This document shows, piece after piece, positions 43,682 to 52,850 of a DNA stretch of 64,000 bases. The stretch's first letter is position 1. The number at the start of each line of letters is the position of its first letter. Position numbers and translations under genes: made by a program. Source of the DNA: Alphaproteobacteria bacterium. Lineage in GTDB: Bacteria > Pseudomonadota > Alphaproteobacteria > JAAXGF01. The notes beneath the pieces were generated by a model. That model ran no database searches. It was not told the origin of the DNA and saw nothing but the letters and a program-made list of their open reading frames with translations. Location: positions 1,600,001-1,664,000 of the forward strand of contig CAUVXB020000001.1 of the NCBI GenBank assembly GCA_963555825.3, written 5' to 3'.

Positions 43682-44440
43682 TTAGATTTCTCCTGTGCGG
43701 CTTTCGGCGGGGGCCGGCAGGTTGCTCGACCCGTTCGCCTCCTCGACCCTTTTCTGGAAGGCGGCTGCGGGCTTGTAGAACATATGTGAGAATTTGGACC
43801 ACGGAACCGACACGAAGAGCACCGTCGTGGAGAGGATGTACAGAGCCAGGAACAGGTTCGTCCACACGGCGTTGCCGGTCGTCTGCACGAACGCCCATAC
43901 CAGGCCCAACGTCACGCTCGCCAGAAGCGAGACGACAAACAGGTCGGCGCGCATCAGGCGGAACGGCGATTTGCCCTCGTAGGCGACGTCGACCCTGAGG
44001 AAGAACCAGAACCAGTAGCCGCCGACCAGGACCATCAGGGCCCCGATGTTCCACAGCGCCGGCAGGACGGCGGGCGCGGGCGTCTCGGGCGTTGGGTACG
44101 AGAACACCATGATGACGGTCGTGATGATGTACGCCAGGAAGCCGTAGAACGACAGGAGGTGCGCGATCCTGCGCCTCACCTTGCAGAACTCGCCGGACGT
44201 CAGGACCTCCACCACGGCGGTCCGGATCGCCAAGGACGTCATCTCCCCGCCGCCGAGCTGCCGCGTCGCTTTAGCCTTCGAATCCCGCCACGCGCGGAAG
44301 AAGTACGTGGCGCTCTTCTTGTGAAACATGTCGAACAGCGTGCCACCCACGACCATGAGCGTCATGACGACGATATACGTCTGCATGACGCTGGGTGGTA
44401 TGAGCGCCGAAAGCTCGGCGAAGGGATTGCTGGTGAACAT
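43682..44440 (-). CDS. aprM: Adenylylsulfate reductase membrane anchor
   Basis: About 5 TM helices, HKKSA.YF, RRIAHLL, WSKFSHMFYKP; first gene of the apr-sat run. Confidence 0.85.
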   Translation of the reverse strand: MFTSNPFAELSALIPPSVMQTYIVVMTLMVVGGTLFDMFHKKSATYFFRAWRDSKAKATRQLGGGEMTSLAIRTAVVEVLTSGEFCKVRRRIAHLLSFYGFLAYIITTVIMVFSYPTPETPAPAVLPALWNIGALMVLVGGYWFWFFLRVDVAYEGKSPFRLMRADLFVVSLLASVTLGLVWAFVQTTGNAVWTNLFLALYILSTTVLFVSVPWSKFSHMFYKPAAAFQKRVEEANGSSNLPAPAESRTGEI

Positions 44441-44593
44441 TAAATCACCCCAATGTCAGCCAGTTATCATCAACGCAGGGACCGATGGCATCACGCCCTC
44501 TCCTGCCCCGCGATGTACATATGGTCCGGGGTAGATAGACCAGCTCGGTTGGTTGATTTCCAAGGTGCCCATTTTGACCGGGCCAAGCAACGC

Positions 44594-45188
44594 TTAAAGT
44601 TGTCGCGGCCTTGTCTCGGACCGGGCCAGGGTGTTCCTCTCGGCCATTGCGCCGAGGGACGGATCGCCACGCATCGGCGCGTCGAGGCCGACCGTCGGCT
44701 CGTCGAGTATGAGCACCCGCGGTTCGTCCATCAATGCCCGGGCGATCTCGAGGCGACGGCGATACCCGCCGCTCAGCACGCGTACCTAGTCGCACTCGCG
44801 GCCGGCGAGGCCAAGCCGGTCGAGACAGATGCACGCCCGCTGGCGCGCCCGCCGGCCGGCGATGCCGTGGAGCGCGGCAAAATAGAGCAAATTCTGGCGC
44901 ACGCTGAGGTCGAGATCGAGCGTCGGCTGCTGGAACACGACGCCGATCCGGGACAAGACGGCGCGTGCATCCTCGGCGACGTCGACGCCGAGAACCGTGA
45001 TCCGGCCCGACCGGGCAACGAACAACCCGGTGAGCAGCGCGACGAGCGTCGATTTGCCGGCGCCGTTTGGCCCGATCAACGCCGTGAAGTGTCCGGGTGA
45101 CGCGGACAACGACACACCGTCGAGAGCGACAGTGCTGCCGTAGCTGTAGCCGACGCCGACGCCGGACGATACCCGGTGCGTTATTCAT
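44594..45188 (-). pseudogene. Decayed ABC transporter ATP-binding gene
   Basis: [23 protein letters not shown]; frameshift near 45160, in-frame TAG 44786-44788, similarity lost shortly after the D-loop. Confidence 0.8.
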
Positions 45189-45346
45189 GGCTCCCTCGAT
45201 AGTGGATTCCGGCGCGCAGAAATGGCGCTTTCCGTTGCGCGCCGGCCGTTCGTCGAATTGTCAATTGACTCGACCGCCCGTCACGGGGCAAGAATAGGGG
45301 GTCGACGACACAATTGCGTTGGCCAAAAATCGTCGGGAGGTGAAAC

Positions 45347-45427
45347 ATGAAGAAGTGGAAGCGTCCCGTGATTCGGGAAATCCGGGTCGGCATGGAGATC
45401 AACCTTTACGTGTGCGCCGAGCTGTAG
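45347..45427 (+). CDS. pqqA: PQQ precursor peptide
   Basis: Manual translation MKKWKRPVIREIRVGMEINLYVCAEL with E-x3-Y; RBS GGAGG; absent from ORF track. Confidence 0.93.
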   Translation: MKKWKRPVIREIRVGMEINLYVCAEL

Positions 45428-45470
45428 AGGCTGAAATTCTCTGGCGGCCACGGGCTCGACTGCTTGTCCC

Positions 45471-46403
45471 GTGATCCGCGTTCTCGTTCTCGGTGCGGCC
45501 GCCGGCGGCGGCTTTCCCCAATGGAATAGCAACAGCGAGGCGTGCCGGCGTGCGCGATGCGGCGATAAGGCTGCGCGCCCGGCGACGCAAGCGTCGATTG
45601 CCGTCAGCGCCGATGACGAGCATTGGTTTGTCATCAACGCGGCGCCTGACCTGCGTGAGCAGATCAATAACCAGCCCACGCTCCATCCCAAGCATGGCTT
45701 GCGTTCCTCGCCGATCGCCGGCGTCGTGCTGACCAACGGCGATGTCGACGCGGTCGCCGGCCTGTTGCATCTTCGCGAACGCACATCCTTTGTCATCTAT
45801 GGCCACCCACGTATCCTCGCGGTGCTCGATCGCAACCCGATATTCGGCGTACTGGCGCCCGACGTGGTGACGCGTCAGGCGCTTGCGACCGGCGAGGCCT
45901 GCCGGCTTTCCGGTCCCGATAACGTCGACGCCGGGCTCGAGGTGACGCCGATCACGGTGCCGGGCAAGGTCGCGCTTTACATGGAAGACGCGGCCAAGGG
46001 CGAGGCGTTCGGAACCGAGGAAGGCGACACCATCGGCCTCGACATCGCCGATGCGGACGGCGCCCGGTTGGTTTACATCGCCAACTGCGCCGCGGTCGAC
46101 GATCGAGTGCGGTCGTTTGCCGCGGGCGCGTCGGTCTTGTTCTTCGACGGCACGCTGTGGCATGACGGCGAGATGGTCAGCAGTGGCGAAGGACATAAGA
46201 CGGGACAGCGTATGGGCCACATTTCGATGTCGGGCCCCGAGGGCACGATCGAGGCCTTTGCCGACGTCGACATCGGCCGACGCATCTTCATCCACATCAA
46301 CAACACCAACCCCGCCTTGCTCGCCGACAGCGAAGAGCGGCGGACACTCGAGGCGCGCGGCTGGGAGGTCGCCTACGACGGCATGGCGTTGACGCTGTCA
46401 TGA
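45471..46403 (+). CDS. pqqB: PQQ biosynthesis protein B
   Basis: VLGAAAGGGFPQWN, FDGTLW, MGHISM, FIHINNTNP. Confidence 0.96.
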   Translation: MIRVLVLGAAAGGGFPQWNSNSEACRRARCGDKAARPATQASIAVSADDEHWFVINAAPDLREQINNQPTLHPKHGLRSSPIAGVVLTNGDVDAVAGLLHLRERTSFVIYGHPRILAVLDRNPIFGVLAPDVVTRQALATGEACRLSGPDNVDAGLEVTPITVPGKVALYMEDAAKGEAFGTEEGDTIGLDIADADGARLVYIANCAAVDDRVRSFAAGASVLFFDGTLWHDGEMVSSGEGHKTGQRMGHISMSGPEGTIEAFADVDIGRRIFIHINNTNPALLADSEERRTLEARGWEVAYDGMALTLS

Positions 46404-47128
46404 CCGGAAACGGCGGTGAGGACCTCGAAACCCGGCTGCGCCAGATCGGCGCCGAACGTTACCACGACCGGCACCCGTTTCACGCGCTGATGCGCGACGG
46501 CAAGCTCACCAAGGGCCAAATTCAGGCCTGGGCGCTCAACCGCTACTATTATCAGAGCCGCATTCCGATCAAGGATTCGGCGCTCATGTCGCGCCTCCTC
46601 GATCCCGAGTTGCGCTGCATCTGGTCGCAGCGCGTGATCGACCACGACGGCACCCGCGAGGGGCGCGGCGGTCTCGAGAAATGGCTGCATCTCTGCGATC
46701 GGCTCGGTTTCGAGCGCGACTATGTCGTGTCCGAGGCGGGCATTCTTCCGGCGACCAAATTCGCCGTGAACGCCTATGTCGATTTCGTCCGCGAGCGTCC
46801 ACTGCTCGAGGCGATCGCGTCTTCACTGACCGAGATGTTCTCGCCGCGCATCATCGGCGAGCGCGTCGCGGCCATGCTGGAGAATTATGATTTCGTCGAC
46901 GACGACATGCTGGTCTATTTCAGCGCGCGACTCGATCAGGCGCCACGCGATGCCGATTTCGCTCTCGATTATGTCAAGCGGCACGCGCGCACCGAAGCCG
47001 AGCAGCAGGCGGTGTGCGATGCGCTGGTCTTCAAGACAGATGTGCTGTGGGCCCAGCTCGACGCGCTCTATTTCGCCTATGTCGAGCCCGGGCTCGCGCC
47101 GCCTGGCGCCTTCGTGCCGGATGCCTAG
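46400..47128 (+). CDS. pqqC: PQQ synthase
   Basis: YHDRHPFH, NRYYYQSRIPIKD, SSLTEMFSP, FKTDVLW. Confidence 0.96.
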   Translation: MTGNGGEDLETRLRQIGAERYHDRHPFHALMRDGKLTKGQIQAWALNRYYYQSRIPIKDSALMSRLLDPELRCIWSQRVIDHDGTREGRGGLEKWLHLCDRLGFERDYVVSEAGILPATKFAVNAYVDFVRERPLLEAIASSLTEMFSPRIIGERVAAMLENYDFVDDDMLVYFSARLDQAPRDADFALDYVKRHARTEAEQQAVCDALVFKTDVLWAQLDALYFAYVEPGLAPPGAFVPDA

Positions 47129-47133
47129 CGGGG

Positions 47134-47451
47134 ATGCGCGTGACAGAGTCACCGAATATCGACCCGACCCATTGCCCACGGCTCGCATCCTTCGTGCGCC
47201 AGCAGTACGACGAGACACGCGAGAGCTGGGTGCTCCAGGCGCCAGAGCGCGTGCTGGTGCTCGACGAAACCAGCAAGGAGATTCTCGACCTGTGCGATGG
47301 GTCGACGGCCGTCGAGGCGATCGTTGCACGGCTCGCGGCGACCTACGACGCGCCGCATGACGTCATTGCGCATGACGTGCATGCTGTTTTGAACCTCCTG
47401 GCCGAGAAGAACCTGCTTGATCACGGAGACGACGTGGCGGGCGGCGATTAG
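47134..47451 (+). CDS. pqqD: PqqA-binding protein
   Basis: [13 protein letters not shown]....IL.LCDG; position in operon. Confidence 0.92.
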   Translation: MRVTESPNIDPTHCPRLASFVRQQYDETRESWVLQAPERVLVLDETSKEILDLCDGSTAVEAIVARLAATYDAPHDVIAHDVHAVLNLLAEKNLLDHGDDVAGGD

Positions 47452-47504
47452 GACTACATTGGCACGGCCATGGCACATGCATACGCGAGGGACCGAAAGG
47501 ACGG

Positions 47505-48617
47505 ATGAGCGTCGCCGGAACAGAGCCAGCGCGTGACGTGGCGGCGCTCAAGCCGCCGCTCGGCATGCTCGCCGAGCTGACCCATCGATGCCCGCTGCAG
47601 TGCCCCTACTGCTCGAACCCGGTCGAGCTGGTGCGCCGGAGCGGTGAGCTCTCGACCGAAGAATGGGCCGACGTCTTCCGGCAGGCGGGCGCGATGGGCG
47701 TCCTGCAGGTCCATCTCTCGGGCGGCGAGCCGACGGCGCGCAAGGATATGCCCGAACTGATCGCCGTCGCGCGGGATGCCGGTCTCTACACCAACCTGAT
47801 CACGGCGGGCGTGCTGCTGACACGCGAATCGCTCGGCCGCCTCGTCGAGGCTGGACTCGACCACGTCCAGCTCAGCCTACAAGACAGTGTCGCCGACAAC
47901 GCCGAGCGCATCGGCAACTTCCGGGGCGGCCACGCCAAGAAGATCTAGGTCGCCGGCTGGGTCGTCGCGGCTGGGCTGCCGCTCACGGTCAACGTGGTCG
48001 TGCACCGCCAGAACCTCGACCACCTCGACGAGATCATCGACATGGCGCAGGACTTGCGCGCCCACCGGCTCGAGATCGCCCATACCCAGTACTATGGCTG
48101 GGCGCTGCGCAACCGCCACAACCTGATGCCGACCCGCGCCCAGGTCGAGCGCGCCAATGCCACGGCTGAGTCGGCCGAGGTACGCTGCCGCGGCCGCATG
48201 GTCATCGACTATGTCGTGCCCGATTATTTCGCGCGCCGTCCGAAGCGCTGCATGGACGGCTGGGGCAATCAGTTTTTCGCCGTTTCACCGCGTGGCAACA
48301 TGTTGCCTTGCCATGCCGCCGAGACGATCACGGGGCTCGAATTTTCCTCGGTGCGCGATCACGCGCTGCGCTGGATTTGGGAGAATGACGCGGCATTCCA
48401 GAAGTTCCGCGGCACGGCGTGGATGCCCGAGCCCTGCCGCAGCTGCGATCGCCGCGACCTCGATCTCGGCGGCTGTCGCTGCCAGGCCTTCGCATTGCTC
48501 GGCGATGCGAGTGCCACCGACCCGGTCTGCGAGCTGTCACCCCGACACGATGTCGTTGTCGCGCTCGCCGAACGGGGTGACCCCTCGAAACAGCCGGACT
48601 ACATCTATCGACGGTAG
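47505..48617 (+). pseudogene. pqqE: Radical SAM PqqA peptide cyclase with internal in-frame TAG (47946-47948)
   Basis: [13 protein letters not shown], then AKKI*VAGW continuing in frame to QYYGWA, CMDGWG, GGCRCQA. Confidence 0.9.
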
Positions 48618-48961
48618 CAGGCAGACGTTGTCCGGCAATCACGATGTACGGCGCGAGCCGATCCGATGGTTGAAAGTCTATGTGATTTGGGGGGTACCCC
48701 CGTCACCGATAAATAAACCGGCGCCGTCGATAAGCAGAGGCGCCCTAAGTTGAGCGCCCGGTTAGTCACGTAACTGTTTCCCGCAGCAAACCGCGCTGCA
48801 GCCTGCTCGGTTCGGATCCAACGGCCCAGAGAGCGGCGTGTTCCGCCAACGTCCGCTCAGAGTCCTGGCTGTGTGAACACGTCGGCGGTGCCACGAAGGC
48901 CAACGATATCGTGGAGCGCGGTGATATGGTTGGGCGCACGGTGTGGCTGCTTGATATCCAC

Positions 48962-49675
48962 TTAGCGTTCTTGGGAACGTCGTACGAGCCCCTCGAGTGA
49001 CGCAACATCCAAGATACAAATTGAGCCGTGCTCGTGAACGATGATGCCTTGTGCCTCGAGGGCGCGTAGACCCTTGTTGACGCTCTCACGCGTCACGCCC
49101 AACATTTGGCCAAGATTTTCCTGCGTTAATTTTATGTCGATCGTAATGCCTTCCCGGGTCGGCTTTCCATACCGACTCACGAGCGTGAGCAACCGCTTCG
49201 CCAACCTGTGAGGGAAATCCAGGAAAATCGTGTCCTCGATAATATCACTCGTCCATCGGATCCGCTCACAGAGAACCCTCATCAATCGGATGCTGAGCTT
49301 CGGGTTCCTTTCGAGAAAGGGTAGGAAGTCAGCCTGATCGACCCGCATTAACTCGGCCGGATCGAGTGCCATGGCGCCAGCCGTTCGTTCCTTTCCATCG
49401 AGGAGCGCTATCTCACCGAAGACCTCGCCCGGACCCAAGATGTTGAGAAATATCTCCTTGCCACCCTCCGACGTCGTCGTGATCCCGATGCGGCCACTCA
49501 CAATCGCGTAGAGACTGTCTCCAGGGTCGCCCTTCAGGAAAACGACATCCTTCGCCGCATAGCGCTGCACGCGCGACAGAGCGATCAGCTCATCCAACAT
49601 TTCCGGCTCGAGCTGCCCAAACAGGCGATTTTTCGAGAGCGCCGCCGTGACGCCCGCCGTTGATCGGCGATTCAC
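48962..49675 (-). CDS. Crp/Fnr family regulator (CRP-like)
   Basis: cNMP pocket FGEIALLDG..RTA; HTH LTQENLGQMLGVTRESVNK. Confidence 0.93.
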   Translation of the reverse strand: MNRRSTAGVTAALSKNRLFGQLEPEMLDELIALSRVQRYAAKDVVFLKGDPGDSLYAIVSGRIGITTTSEGGKEIFLNILGPGEVFGEIALLDGKERTAGAMALDPAELMRVDQADFLPFLERNPKLSIRLMRVLCERIRWTSDIIEDTIFLDFPHRLAKRLLTLVSRYGKPTREGITIDIKLTQENLGQMLGVTRESVNKGLRALEAQGIIVHEHGSICILDVASLEGLVRRSQER

Positions 49676-49804
49676 ACCAGGTCACCTCTCGCAAGTCGTT
49701 CAGCGCATCACGGCCGACCGCACAGTGACCGTGGCGGAGTGTCTTTTTGGAGAGTGTCTCAGCGATCGAGGTTCGCACGAACCGAGTTTGTTAACAAGGT
49801 TCCG

Positions 49805-50560
49805 TCAAACGGGCCCGAGTGGGCTGTCCTGCGCCGCGGCAAGGCGGGCCGCCCGCTCCCAAAGGGTGGTGTGTTCGAAGTGGAACTGGGCCGGGTGGCG
49901 GCTGGCATCGGCGCGCACTTGAACCCGCATCGTGCGCAGCATCAAGAGCGCATCCTCTCGCTTCTGGTCGACCCGACCGTTAGGGAGCCACTGCCGGAAC
50001 GCGTGCAACTCCTCGCCCGGAAGGCGGCATCGCTTGCCTTCTTCCAACATGGCGGCGAACGTCCTCTCACGGTACGGGAGGCCTTTGGCGATCACTTCGA
50101 GTCGCTCGCGTGTCTCCTGGAAAACCACGCCCTCGAGAGCAGCGTCCGAAAGCGTCCGCCTGATGTTGACCATCGCCTCCGATAGAACCGGGTAACCAAA
50201 CTCAGCCGGCCCGTGGATGACCGCCACCTCGTCGTCATCTTCCAAGACCCCTTCACGGAAGGCTTCGAAGATGGCGCCTACCCCTTCCATGCCGAATGCC
50301 GCGAGCTCGGCTGCCCGCAGCGCCCCCATACTCGCCGCGCCAAACACGCGAATGCCTCGGTTCAAGGCGTATAGAATTTCCTTATGCCAAACGCTGGGGA
50401 CGCACTCGAAATAGCCGTCGATGATACCGATCGCAGTCGGATTCTCGCACGCCGCCCGGTAGACGTCGCCCTCCGAGACGGGCGGAAGATAAACCGCCTC
50501 GAGTGCGTTCCGCGCCTCAAACGGCGGCAGCGACGGTCCGGTCATGACGAAGACCGTCAT
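49805..50560 (-). CDS. TfuA-like protein
   Basis: IIDGYFECVPSVWHKEIL, GAASMGALRAAEL, DDDEVAV; ATGA-coupled to ycaO. Confidence 0.93.
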   Translation of the reverse strand: MTVFVMTGPSLPPFEARNALEAVYLPPVSEGDVYRAACENPTAIGIIDGYFECVPSVWHKEILYALNRGIRVFGAASMGALRAAELAAFGMEGVGAIFEAFREGVLEDDDEVAVIHGPAEFGYPVLSEAMVNIRRTLSDAALEGVVFQETRERLEVIAKGLPYRERTFAAMLEEGKRCRLPGEELHAFRQWLPNGRVDQKREDALLMLRTMRVQVRADASRHPAQFHFEHTTLWERAARLAAAQDSPLGPV

Positions 50561-51834
50561 GCGTCGCCTCGCAGACGCGCCCGGGCACGCTCGCCGGGGG
50601 CGTAGTTGAACGAGCTATCGACGCCCTCGAGCCCGGGAATGACGACGCGTACCACGGGGATGCCGAACTCTTCCTTGGTCAGGTCGACCACGATGACCTC
50701 GCCGATGCCGACCGAGGCCAAGCGGGCGCACGCCCAATCCACGTCGTCCTCGAAGCGATCGCCGTTCCACGTGTCGACGTCTGCGAAGCTCCGGCATGGC
50801 TCGCCGCGTTCGATGCACGACAGCCACGAGGCATGCGTCTCGGCATCGAGGAATTCGTCATATTCGGCGCGCCACAGGTCGTCGCGCGCGCCGGAAATGA
50901 AGGTCAGGCGGCTCTGGGCGGCCTCGGTGAGCGCCCTGGCGAGCGCCACGTCGCGCGACGCGTGGCAGCCCATGCCGCTCGCCGGTCGACTGCCGTTCGC
51001 CGGCGGCGCGGCCCGTTGGACAATACGGCACAGGAACGCGGGAATGCCGACGTCGGATGTCACGTCCCAGACGCCGACCTCGACGTCGGCTGCCGCGTAT
51101 TTGTCCAGCAGGTCGCGGCAGCCGGGATCGTCGACCGTGCCGAGGTCGATTCGCGTCTGCCCTTGGCCGTCTTCATCGAGCAGGTGCCAGAGCGTGACCG
51201 CGTCCCGTTCGACGACCTCGCAGATCGCGTGGCTGATTGCCTCGAGCCGGTGATTGCCCGAAGCCAGCCCGTTCGAGCTCGCGACGAAGCAGCCGTGACC
51301 GGACGGCAGCGGCAGCGTGTAGTTCAGGTGGACCAACTCGTAGGGCACCCAGACCTCGCGGTCGCCGAGCAGGTCCCGACCGCCGACCCAAAGCAGCTGC
51401 TTGTATGGCGTGAAGCGGCTGTCGACGAGCCTGGAAAGCCGATCGACATCGACCAGGCTATGGCTGTAGCGGAGGTCCTCGACGCTGCCGAGCTTGAGCG
51501 GCAAGGCGATGCGCTCGGCGTGATAGGACTCGATCGATTCCATCAGGCCCGACGCCTTGGCCGCGTCGACGTCGAGCCCCTTGCCCTGGGAAACGGAAAT
51601 CGACCGCGAGTTGGGCCGGCTCACCATGACGACGGGAATGCCGACGGTGTCGAGCCCGGTCACGTTGGCGATGCGGGTGATGCCCATGACGGGCATGAAA
51701 TGGCGGACCCGCTCGACGGTCTCGCGCGGCGGCACGAGGCGATGGGTGCCCGCCGTGAAGCCCTTGCGCGCGCCGGCGGCAACGCCTTCGACCGGCTCGT
51801 GTCCGACACGCGCTATGCTCACCGAGAGCGCCAT
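50557..51834 (-). CDS. YcaO-family ATP-dependent peptide-modifying enzyme (TfuA-associated)
   Basis: GITRIANVTGLD..GIPV, SQGKG, MESIE, SSNGLASG, EVVERDA, TEAAQSR, VVIPGLE; no C-terminal PxP. Confidence 0.95.
   Translation of the reverse strand: MALSVSIARVGHEPVEGVAAGARKGFTAGTHRLVPPRETVERVRHFMPVMGITRIANVTGLDTVGIPVVMVSRPNSRSISVSQGKGLDVDAAKASGLMESIESYHAERIALPLKLGSVEDLRYSHSLVDVDRLSRLVDSRFTPYKQLLWVGGRDLLGDREVWVPYELVHLNYTLPLPSGHGCFVASSNGLASGNHRLEAISHAICEVVERDAVTLWHLLDEDGQGQTRIDLGTVDDPGCRDLLDKYAAADVEVGVWDVTSDVGIPAFLCRIVQRAAPPANGSRPASGMGCHASRDVALARALTEAAQSRLTFISGARDDLWRAEYDEFLDAETHASWLSCIERGEPCRSFADVDTWNGDRFEDDVDWACARLASVGIGEVIVVDLTKEEFGIPVVRVVIPGLEGVDSSFNYAPGERARARLRGDA
50997..51045. repeat. 49-bp exact direct repeat, copy inside ycaO
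   Basis: Identical to 52600-52648. Confidence 0.95.
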
Positions 51835-52043
51835 CGACTCCCCTGTCCTTGGCCCTGGCCCGATAGGCGCGCCGGACCCTTGGATGAACGCACTCCCTCT
51901 ATGCGGCCGCGCGAGACGCGCCGCACGCACCAATCACTCGTACTGGCGATGCACTCCGAATCGGCGGCCCGACAAGCGGCCAGACCCGACTACGCCCGAC
52001 CGACCGCGTCGTTTTTGGCGCCGATCATCGAGCGGGCTCCGAG

Positions 52044-52493
52044 CTAATCCGCCGCGTCAACGCGGATGCGCGCCGCCGCGTGGTCGCCGGGGTCGATCAC
52101 GTAGCAAGCTGCACCATGGTCGCCGGGGTCGATCACGTAGCGAGACGCACCATGATCGTCCGGCTCGATGCGCATGTGCGCCGCCAGATTGTCGCCCGGC
52201 TCGATCACGTAGCGAGCAGCACCATGGTCGCCCGGCTCGATCACGTAGCGAGCAGCACCATGGTCGCCCGGCTCGATCACGTAGCGAGCAGCACCATGAT
52301 CGTCCGGCTCGGTCATAGTGCGAGCTGCCATATGATCTGAATGACTAGCCATAACGCGATCTGATGGCTCGGTACCGCCCGCAGAAACCTCATCTAGTAC
52401 CGTTGGAACCGGTTGGGACGCACGAGCCGAAACATCGTAGAGGACGCCGTCCGCTCCGCGGACCAACGTGCTCTGTCGATCGTCGTGTGGCAT
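52044..52493 (-). CDS. Putative multicore RiPP precursor (52-aa leader + 8 x 12-aa cores)
   Basis: RBS GGAGG; tandem DHGAARYVIEPG-like units from residue 53 to 148; directly upstream of ycaO-tfuA. Confidence 0.8.
   Translation of the reverse strand: MPHDDRQSTLVRGADGVLYDVSARASQPVPTVLDEVSAGGTEPSDRVMASHSDHMAARTMTEPDDHGAARYVIEPGDHGAARYVIEPGDHGAARYVIEPGDNLAAHMRIEPDDHGASRYVIDPGDHGAACYVIDPGDHAAARIRVDAAD
52050..52337 (-). repeat. Eight tandem 36-bp coding repeats
   Basis: Unit ~CCCGGCTCGATCACGTAGCGAGCAGCACCATGGTCG on + strand, no spacers. Confidence 0.92.
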
Positions 52494-52562
52494 TTTCGCC
52501 TCCGCTGAAGGTTGGCAATGTTCGCAACGTTTGGATATCTACCGAACCGACACGCCATTGTC

Positions 52563-52578
52563 TGTGAACTACTTCACA
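52563..52578. promoter_or_regulatory. CRP-like box upstream of the precursor
   Basis: TGTGA-actact-TCACA, about 70 bp before ATG 52493. Confidence 0.7.
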
Positions 52579-52599
52579 GCGCTCGACGGAACGGGTGAC

Positions 52600-52648
52600 T
52601 CGCCGGCGGCGCGGCCCGTTGGACAATACGGCACAGGAACGCGGGAAT
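52600..52648. repeat. 49-bp exact direct repeat, intergenic copy
   Basis: TCGCCGGCGGCGCGGCCCGTTGGACAATACGGCACAGGAACGCGGGAAT, identical to 50997-51045. Confidence 0.95.
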
Positions 52649-52850
52649 AGGGTGTCTGGTAATGGAACAAATCGTAGGGAGGGATGCGTGCCATGGCGAA
52701 GCGAACTAATGGTGTCCGTTCGGAGTCGCGACTTCCTATTCATGGGCTGAAGGCCTGTCTCGATCAACTCCACGACGAGGCGATCGCCCAGGGATATGGA
52801 CTCGTCGCCGCGGAACCTGTCAACGACTTTGAGACAGTGACGATTACGAT

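Noticed and set aside
44786-47948. Amber recoding (pyrrolysine or alternative code) to explain two in-frame TAGs
   Set aside because: TAG is a normal stop for pqqA, pqqC, pqqD and others here; the ABC gene has other lesions; no pyl genes are seen.
47134-48617. PqqD/PqqE as tailoring enzymes of the YcaO-TfuA RiPP
   Set aside because: They belong to a canonical pqqABCDE operon with its own PqqA on the opposite strand, and pqqE is interrupted.
52050-52337. 36-bp repeats as a CRISPR array
   Set aside because: Units are contiguous with no unique spacers, keep one reading frame, and no cas genes are present.
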